Assembly: GCA_018263355.1 (NCBI GenBank)
Contig: JAANXH010000043.1
Span: 443 to 64,442, forward strand
DNA length: 64,000 bases
Direction of reading: 5' to 3'
Source of the DNA: Candidatus Woesearchaeota archaeon
GTDB taxonomy: Archaea; Nanobdellota; Nanobdellia; Woesearchaeales; JAGVZT01
This document shows positions 57,858 through 64,000 of this stretch, in pieces (the first letter of the stretch is position 1; the number at the start of each line of letters is the position of its first letter). A model generated the notes under the pieces. That model saw nothing but the letters and a program-made list of their open reading frames with translations. It did not search any database and had not been told where the DNA came from. The position numbers were made by a program, and so were the translations under genes.

Positions 57858-58733
57858 ATGTTATGGTATAAAGAGTGGGGATTTCACAATAATCCGTTTA
57901 GTATTAAGCCTGCAGCTTTTAATGATAATGTTGTTGGTTATGACCTAACTGAAATTTTTGACAAGATATCTCAAGGCGAGATCTTATTTTTGGAAGGAAA
58001 ATTCGGATATGGTAAAACAACGATTTTAAAGCACATTATTAGTAGGTTTGGCGGTCAAAGAGAGGTTGCATATTATAACTGCAACAGAAAAAAAGGAGAT
58101 ATTGAAGTAGAGAGTGTCTTAAAAGGAAAGTTTGGTTTTTTTGGAAAACTGTTCCTTGGAACTCCAAATAACATGATTTTTTTACTGGATGAAGTTAAGG
58201 AATTATCAGAATTTGACCAACAAGAAATGCTTAGGCTTTTTTCAAACGGTAACTTAAAGTCTGTAGTATTGTTCGGACCAAAGTTTGAATTAGTTAATGC
58301 AACTCCAGACTTAAAAGAAAAACTGGTTGATAATGTAATTGAACTAACAAAGCTAACTGAAGAGGAAGCAATAGATTTGGTTAGAGAAAGAATAGGAGAT
58401 ATTAAACTAGTATCTGATGATATTATCAAAAAGGTATTTAAACACACTAAAAAGATTCCAAGAGTGCTTCTTGAGAATCTTGAGGATGTATGCAAATACG
58501 CTGCTGAGAATAATGAAGAAGAAGTAACAGAGGATCATTTAAAAGAAGTTTTAGGTATTAAAAAGTCAAAAAAGAAAAAGGCAAAACCTAAGAAGAAAAA
58601 GAAGAAAAAATCAAAAAAGAAAAAGGAAAAAGCTCAGGAAGAAAAAGAGAATGAGAAAGAAAAACCTAAGAAACCTAAAACTCCAAATGAAATTGCTGAA
58701 GAAAAAGAGGAAGCAGAATTCTTTTATTATTAA
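57858..58733 (+). CDS. ExeA-like P-loop ATPase, tandem paralog with Lys-rich tail
   Basis: WY..WGF..NPF, GKFGYGKTT, FLLDE, PR sensor. Confidence 0.7.
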   Translation: MLWYKEWGFHNNPFSIKPAAFNDNVVGYDLTEIFDKISQGEILFLEGKFGYGKTTILKHIISRFGGQREVAYYNCNRKKGDIEVESVLKGKFGFFGKLFLGTPNNMIFLLDEVKELSEFDQQEMLRLFSNGNLKSVVLFGPKFELVNATPDLKEKLVDNVIELTKLTEEEAIDLVRERIGDIKLVSDDIIKKVFKHTKKIPRVLLENLEDVCKYAAENNEEEVTEDHLKEVLGIKKSKKKKAKPKKKKKKKSKKKKEKAQEEKENEKEKPKKPKTPNEIAEEKEEAEFFYY

Positions 58734-58855
58734 GAATTGTTAATTCTCCTAAGCAGGGTTTTTTATTTGATTTTCTAAATCATTGAAAGAATTTCTGAAT
58801 AAGACTTGCTTTATTTGATAAAGTTTTTATATCACTTTCCATTTGTTATATTAAT

Positions 58856-60988
58856 ATGGAAGAAAATAAACTTGTTGAAGAGAGAAAAAGAAAACTAAAA
58901 AAGTTACGAGAACGAGGAATAGAACCTTATGCTTATAATTTTGATAAAAAACATAAAGCTGCTGAAGTCCAGGATAAATTTGAGAAGTTCAAAGATAAAT
59001 CTGTAAAAGTTGCAGGTAGAATTATGTCCATGAGAGATATGGGAAAGGTTGTTTTTATGGATATTTATGATTCAACTGCAAATATTCAACTATATTTTAG
59101 ACAAGAAAATCTTGGTAAAGACAAACTTGAGATTATCTCTTTGCTAGATATAGGAGATATAATTGGGTGTGAAGGCACTGTTTTTAAAACAAGAACAAAA
59201 GAGATAACTGTTAAAGTAAAAAAGTTTAAGCTTTTAACAAAATCATTAAAGCCTTTGCCTGAAAAATGGCACGGTCTCAAAGACAAGGAGCAAAAGTACA
59301 GACAAAGGTATGTCCATCTAATTATGGAGCCTGAGGAGAAAAAGACATTTCTAATTAGAGAGCAAATTATTCAAGGTATTAGAGAATATTTGACCAAAAG
59401 AGAATACGTTGAGGTGCAAACCCCTATTTTACAGCCACTTTATGGCGGAGCTTCTGCAAGGCCTTTCAAAGCTAATCTTCATGCACTGAATATGCCAGTT
59501 TATATGCGTATTTCAAATGAGATGTACTTGAAAAGACTTATTGTTGCGGGATTTGATAGGGTTTTTGAATTTTCAATTGATTTTAGAAATGAAGGCATTG
59601 ATAAAAATCACAATCCTGAGTTTTTATTGTTTGAAGCAATGACTGCTTACACAGATTACTTTGATGGTATGAAGCTAATTGAAAATATCACTGAGTATGT
59701 TGTTAAAAAAGTGAAAGGAACAACTAAAGTAAAATACCAAGGAAAAGAAATTGATTTTAAAGCTCCTTGGGATAGGATATCTGTAAGAGACTCGATTATT
59801 AAATATGCAGATATTGATATTGAGAAAACTGATGATGAAGAGATGAAAAAGATCCTTGCTAAACACAATATTAAACTCAAAGGGGAATATACTAGAGGAA
59901 ATGCTATTCTTACACTTGTTGAAGAGTTTTGTGAAGAGCATTTTGTACAACCAACTATTTTGTATGATTATCCAAGAGAAACAAGTCCTCTAGCAAAGCC
60001 AAAAAGGGATGATCCAAGGTATACTGAGAGATTTGAACAATTTGTTAACTGTTTTGAATTAGGTAATAATTATACTGAGGTTACCAATGCACAGATTTTA
60101 AGGGAGAACTGGGAAAAAGAAGAGGAGGCATTAAGCAAAGGAGATTATGAAGCTATGAGAATGGATTATGATTACCTGAATGCAATTGAGGTTGGAATGC
60201 CCCCTGTATGTGGGATTGCTATAGGAATTGACAGATTAATTATGATTCTTTCAGATAAGGCTTCAATAAGAGATGTTATCTTGTTTCCTTTTATGAAACC
60301 CAAATTTAGGAAAAAAGAACCACAGGTTAAAATTGATGAATTGCCATCAGAAAAAGTTATTGTATCAAAAGAAGCAAAAAAGCTTGGTCTTAAAACATCA
60401 TATGCAATTATTAAGGATGTTTCAATTGAAAAGTCTTCTGCTAAACTAAAAAAGATGAAAAAAGACATAAGTGCAAATCCAAATGAAAAAAGAATAAAGT
60501 GCATGCAAGATGCCTACAAATCTTTTGGGATTGATCCAACAAAAAGATTGCCAAGTTCAGTTGCACTAATCAAAAGAGTAGAAGAGGGTAAAGGGATTTA
60601 TAATGTCAATACATTAGTAGATGCGTACAATATTTCTTCTATTAGAGAAAGTTTGCCTATGGCTTGTTATGATCTTAGTAAAGTAGATTTTCCGATTAAA
60701 TTAAGAAAAGCAAAAGAAGGTGAAGAAATCACTTTGATTGGAGGAAAAATAAAATCTATTAACAAAGGTGAAATTGTGTATTCAGATAATTCCAGAGTCA
60801 TATGTTTAGATTTTAATTACAGAGATGCTGATTTTACAAAAGTAACAAGCAAAACAAAAAATGTTATAGTTTTTGTTGATGGATGCAAAGGTATTTCTAA
60901 CATGGAATTACTTAAAGCACTAGACAATAGTTGCGAACTTATTACTCAGCTTTGTGGTGGAGAAATCATTGAAAAAAGAATTGCTTAA
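58856..60988 (+). CDS. lysS: Class II lysyl-tRNA synthetase with C-terminal B3/4 domain
   Basis: OB fold, YRQRY, GGASARPF, FRNEG...HNPEF, ERFE, GIGIDRL; then Y..FGIDP.K..PS..AL, N.LVD.YN, DFNYRD. Confidence 0.92.
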   Translation: MEENKLVEERKRKLKKLRERGIEPYAYNFDKKHKAAEVQDKFEKFKDKSVKVAGRIMSMRDMGKVVFMDIYDSTANIQLYFRQENLGKDKLEIISLLDIGDIIGCEGTVFKTRTKEITVKVKKFKLLTKSLKPLPEKWHGLKDKEQKYRQRYVHLIMEPEEKKTFLIREQIIQGIREYLTKREYVEVQTPILQPLYGGASARPFKANLHALNMPVYMRISNEMYLKRLIVAGFDRVFEFSIDFRNEGIDKNHNPEFLLFEAMTAYTDYFDGMKLIENITEYVVKKVKGTTKVKYQGKEIDFKAPWDRISVRDSIIKYADIDIEKTDDEEMKKILAKHNIKLKGEYTRGNAILTLVEEFCEEHFVQPTILYDYPRETSPLAKPKRDDPRYTERFEQFVNCFELGNNYTEVTNAQILRENWEKEEEALSKGDYEAMRMDYDYLNAIEVGMPPVCGIAIGIDRLIMILSDKASIRDVILFPFMKPKFRKKEPQVKIDELPSEKVIVSKEAKKLGLKTSYAIIKDVSIEKSSAKLKKMKKDISANPNEKRIKCMQDAYKSFGIDPTKRLPSSVALIKRVEEGKGIYNVNTLVDAYNISSIRESLPMACYDLSKVDFPIKLRKAKEGEEITLIGGKIKSINKGEIVYSDNSRVICLDFNYRDADFTKVTSKTKNVIVFVDGCKGISNMELLKALDNSCELITQLCGGEIIEKRIA

Positions 60989-62994
60989 GTTTTTCGCTTA
61001 ATCTTTTCTTGAAGATTTACTATTTTATCAAATACTTCTTCTTTTTTCTTTTTTGGCAAAAGAGTGTATAACTCATTAATACTCAAATACAAGACATGAG
61101 CTCTTTTATAGTCTCTTATATTTATCATTTCTCTTGCCTCATCAAGTAGTACATCAATTTTTTTTACTGGATCTAGTTTTTTGCCTGCAGTATCGTCTAC
61201 TACTTTACCTATATTTTTTGGAGCAATTCTTAATACATATTTTCTGATTATGTGCTTTTTGATAAATGTATTTAGTATTATTATGATTAATGCAAACAGA
61301 CTAATGTAGATCAAAATCAAGAATAATGCTGAAACCTGACTAATAAAATAACTGTCTGAAGCAATTGTTTGCAGACTTGCATTAAACAATATACTTCTTC
61401 TGAGCAAAAATTGACTAATTACAAACGGATTGAATCTTGCTATGTCAATAAAATAAAGTGGCATTGATTCTAATGGAAGGATTACATCTGATAAAAATAA
61501 ACTAATGCTTGTGATGGATATTGCAGCCAATGTTCCGGTTTCAGCTGAGTTAAATGCAACACCTATTAAGATTCCAATTATAGAGAATAAGACTGTAATA
61601 AGGAGTAATATTACTGAAGTTGGAAGTATGTTTGTTAAAACATTAACATCAAACACAAAATAAGATACACTTAAGATTAAAATAAGCTGGAGGACTACCA
61701 AGATTAATGTGCTCAACAGATTTGCAACCAGATATAATATGTCTGGATTTGGAACTACTAGATTTCTAAAATACGCTTTTGAACGTTTTTCCATCATAAC
61801 AATTGTTGATGAAAACAAAATAGCAACCAGCATAATTACTAGTGCTACAATACTTGGAAACATATAATTTAGATATGTTTTTGAAACAACTTCTTCTTTT
61901 GTGATTTTAACAGGCTGAACAATAGTTTCTGAGTCTGTGACTTTAATCTGATTAATTTCCTTCTTAGCATCCTGAAGTTCTTTCATTATTAACATCATAG
62001 TATTTAAACTAGTCTCTAAATTCTGTTCATTATAACTTATTCCTCCAGAGACTTCTACTCTTTTATCTATAGCCAAGTCAAATTTTTCCTTTGTTGCTTG
62101 AATCTGAGTCTCTAAATTATCAACTGCTGTTTCCAAAGCATCTACTGTTTCTGTATTTAATTCTTCTAATTGTTCATCAATATCCACAATAGCTTCTTCA
62201 AGTTCTTCAAGATCCGTTTCAGTAGCTGAACCGTTCAATGCTGGATCTTCATTGAAATAAGATAGAATCTCTTCAATCAATAGCATGCTTTCATTAATTT
62301 TCTCATTAATTGAGCTATTCTCTGCCAAAATTGAAGAACTAAGAGTTGTTTCAACTTGTTTAATATCTCCCACTTTATATGTGTCCGCATTAAATTCAAA
62401 ATTCATCTCCCCTAGTGCTGATTTCAACTGACCTTGCTTAGATTGCATTTGATCATTCATATCAATGAGACTAACAAATCTTGGATCCTGCTTTTCTATT
62501 GTTGATTTTGAGTTATCCAAGGTAGTAAGGATCTCAGTAGTTAACTCAGCACTTATCTCTTGAGTTCTTGATGCCACTTTTGTAGAGATCATATCAATTA
62601 CACTATCAACCAAGTTCATTCTTGATGGATCTACATAGAACTTAATCTCATTACTAACATCTTTATTATCATTAGAAGCTATTTCAAAACTTTTTGGAAA
62701 TGTCATGCAAATATTTACAACACCTTGCTGAATATTATCAATACACAGTTCTTTTGACTCTGTTTTCAGCACTCTAAATTGTGCATCTTCGAGTTTTGTG
62801 ATAAATGAATTAACAAAATCATTGTATTCTGGAGAATAAACTCCAATATTAATACTATAGTTTGATGCATTATTAAAAGCTAGACCCACTAGTAGTGTAA
62901 TAAACAAAGGCCCAAATATTGTTATAAGTCCGGATATCTTAGACCTTATTATTAGCCTAAAGTTCTTTATAATTATTCTAATCAGTTTGTTCAT
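60985..62994 (-). CDS. ABC-2 type transporter permease with large extracellular coiled region
   Basis: N-terminal TM, long helical insert, six C-terminal TMs with LSD...P.E.MP. Confidence 0.8.
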   Translation of the reverse strand: MNKLIRIIIKNFRLIIRSKISGLITIFGPLFITLLVGLAFNNASNYSINIGVYSPEYNDFVNSFITKLEDAQFRVLKTESKELCIDNIQQGVVNICMTFPKSFEIASNDNKDVSNEIKFYVDPSRMNLVDSVIDMISTKVASRTQEISAELTTEILTTLDNSKSTIEKQDPRFVSLIDMNDQMQSKQGQLKSALGEMNFEFNADTYKVGDIKQVETTLSSSILAENSSINEKINESMLLIEEILSYFNEDPALNGSATETDLEELEEAIVDIDEQLEELNTETVDALETAVDNLETQIQATKEKFDLAIDKRVEVSGGISYNEQNLETSLNTMMLIMKELQDAKKEINQIKVTDSETIVQPVKITKEEVVSKTYLNYMFPSIVALVIMLVAILFSSTIVMMEKRSKAYFRNLVVPNPDILYLVANLLSTLILVVLQLILILSVSYFVFDVNVLTNILPTSVILLLITVLFSIIGILIGVAFNSAETGTLAAISITSISLFLSDVILPLESMPLYFIDIARFNPFVISQFLLRRSILFNASLQTIASDSYFISQVSALFLILIYISLFALIIIILNTFIKKHIIRKYVLRIAPKNIGKVVDDTAGKKLDPVKKIDVLLDEAREMINIRDYKRAHVLYLSINELYTLLPKKKKEEVFDKIVNLQEKIKRKT

Positions 62995-63982
62995 TTTTAC
63001 CTTTTACTAATGATTCAAAAACCTCTTTTAATGAAGGTTTTGCCACTTCAATATCTATTATGTGCTCTTTTTGCTTTTCTAAGATATGAAGTATATCATG
63101 AAGCACCTTTATTGAATCTGGTGAATATAGTATTAATTTATGTCCTTTATTAATTATCTCTGATACTTTGGATTTTTTGGATTTTTTGAGTTTTTTCAAT
63201 ATTTTGTCATACTTGCCAGGATATGTTTCTAAGTGGATTTCTTCATTTTTAGTATATAGGTTTTTTATATGATCCGGAGTACCAACTGTTCCAAGTTGTT
63301 TTTTATGTAAAACCCCTATTCTTGTGCAAAGTTTTTCCATATCTTTTAAAAAATGTGATGCAATTATAATTGTAGTTCCCTGACTATTGATTCTCTTGAT
63401 TAATTCTATCATTTGTGCTCTTAATAGTGGATCTAAATCTGAAGTTGGTTCATCCAAGATTAACACATCTGGATTATGAACCAGTGCGCAGGCAATATCA
63501 AGCCTTTTCATCATACCTCCAGATAATTGACCAGCAAGTGAGTTTTTGCAATGATCTAATCCCACTAATTCCAATACTTTAGCCATATTTTTTTCTCTCA
63601 GCTCTTTTTTTATACCATACATTGAACTAAAATATCTAAGATTTTCATCAACTGTAAGTTTTAAATAAAAAGATGGATCTTGAGCTGTAAATCCAAAAAT
63701 TTGTCTGACTTTTAATTGATTGCTTTGCACATAATTGTATTTAGATTTTTTATCTTTACTTTTTTTCCTAGTTTTTTCCAAAAACCTGTATTCGATTTTA
63801 CCAACAGTGGGATCAATCACACCCCCAAGAATATTTAAAAATGTGGTTTTTCCACTTCCACTTAATCCTACTATACCAAAGATTTCTCCTTGTTTAATAT
63901 CTAAATTAACATTATTTAAAACAAGTAATTTACCAAAAATTATTGTAAGATTTCTTACCTTTATTAGGGCATCTTTAGACAT
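62978..63982 (-). CDS. ABC transporter ATP-binding protein
   Basis: GLSGSGKTT, LSGGM.KR, LILDEPT, SH. Confidence 0.9.
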   Translation of the reverse strand: MSKDALIKVRNLTIIFGKLLVLNNVNLDIKQGEIFGIVGLSGSGKTTFLNILGGVIDPTVGKIEYRFLEKTRKKSKDKKSKYNYVQSNQLKVRQIFGFTAQDPSFYLKLTVDENLRYFSSMYGIKKELREKNMAKVLELVGLDHCKNSLAGQLSGGMMKRLDIACALVHNPDVLILDEPTSDLDPLLRAQMIELIKRINSQGTTIIIASHFLKDMEKLCTRIGVLHKKQLGTVGTPDHIKNLYTKNEEIHLETYPGKYDKILKKLKKSKKSKVSEIINKGHKLILYSPDSIKVLHDILHILEKQKEHIIDIEVAKPSLKEVFESLVKGKNEQTD

Positions 63983-64000
63983 AAGAACTTTTATTTATTA

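Noticed and set aside
58560-58700. Poly-Lys/Glu stretch with A-rich repeats
   Set aside because: Low-complexity protein tail; the reading frame is intact.
610-60504. Numerous short antisense or alternate-frame ORFs in the track (e.g. 610, 4104, 7140, 13309, 21004, 30578, 50087, 58073)
   Set aside because: They are shadows of well-supported genes, with no RBS or motifs.
1-64000. CRISPR array, tRNA or rRNA genes
   Set aside because: No regularly spaced repeat-spacer run and no cloverleaf or rRNA signature seen by eye. The 44-bp and 26-bp periodic repeats have only 2-3 units and no unique spacers.

Overview
AT-rich archaeal chromosomal window, most consistent with a DPANN (Woesearchaeota-like) genome. 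This is inferred from ABCE1, Orc1/Cdc6, RtcB+archease, archaeal DtdA, a short Dph2 fragment, GGTGA ribosome-binding sites and leaderless TTTATA promoters. Bases 0.7-16.5 kb form an accessory island: paralogous hypotheticals, an Lrp regulator, an Mrr-like nuclease, coiled-coil proteins, a AAA+ ATPase, a Ser/Thr kinase, an LDH/MDH-beta-propeller fusion and surface proteins. Many of these share one N-terminal amphipathic motif. A probable replication origin (three ORB-like boxes) lies at about 17.9-18.07 kb. Further on are a redox/iron operon (24-27.8 kb), housekeeping genes, and a near-complete LysW-dependent lysine operon with no lysK but an Ntn-hydrolase in it (46-55.5 kb). A class II LysRS carries a fused B3/4 domain. 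Three copies of a non-coding palindromic element (138, 411 and 522 bp) have IS200/IS605-like ends: one is intergenic, one is inserted in frame in a CDS, and one interrupts a candidate structured RNA. No rRNA, tRNA, CRISPR array or transposase gene was recognised. All assignments are by eye from motifs; no searches were run.
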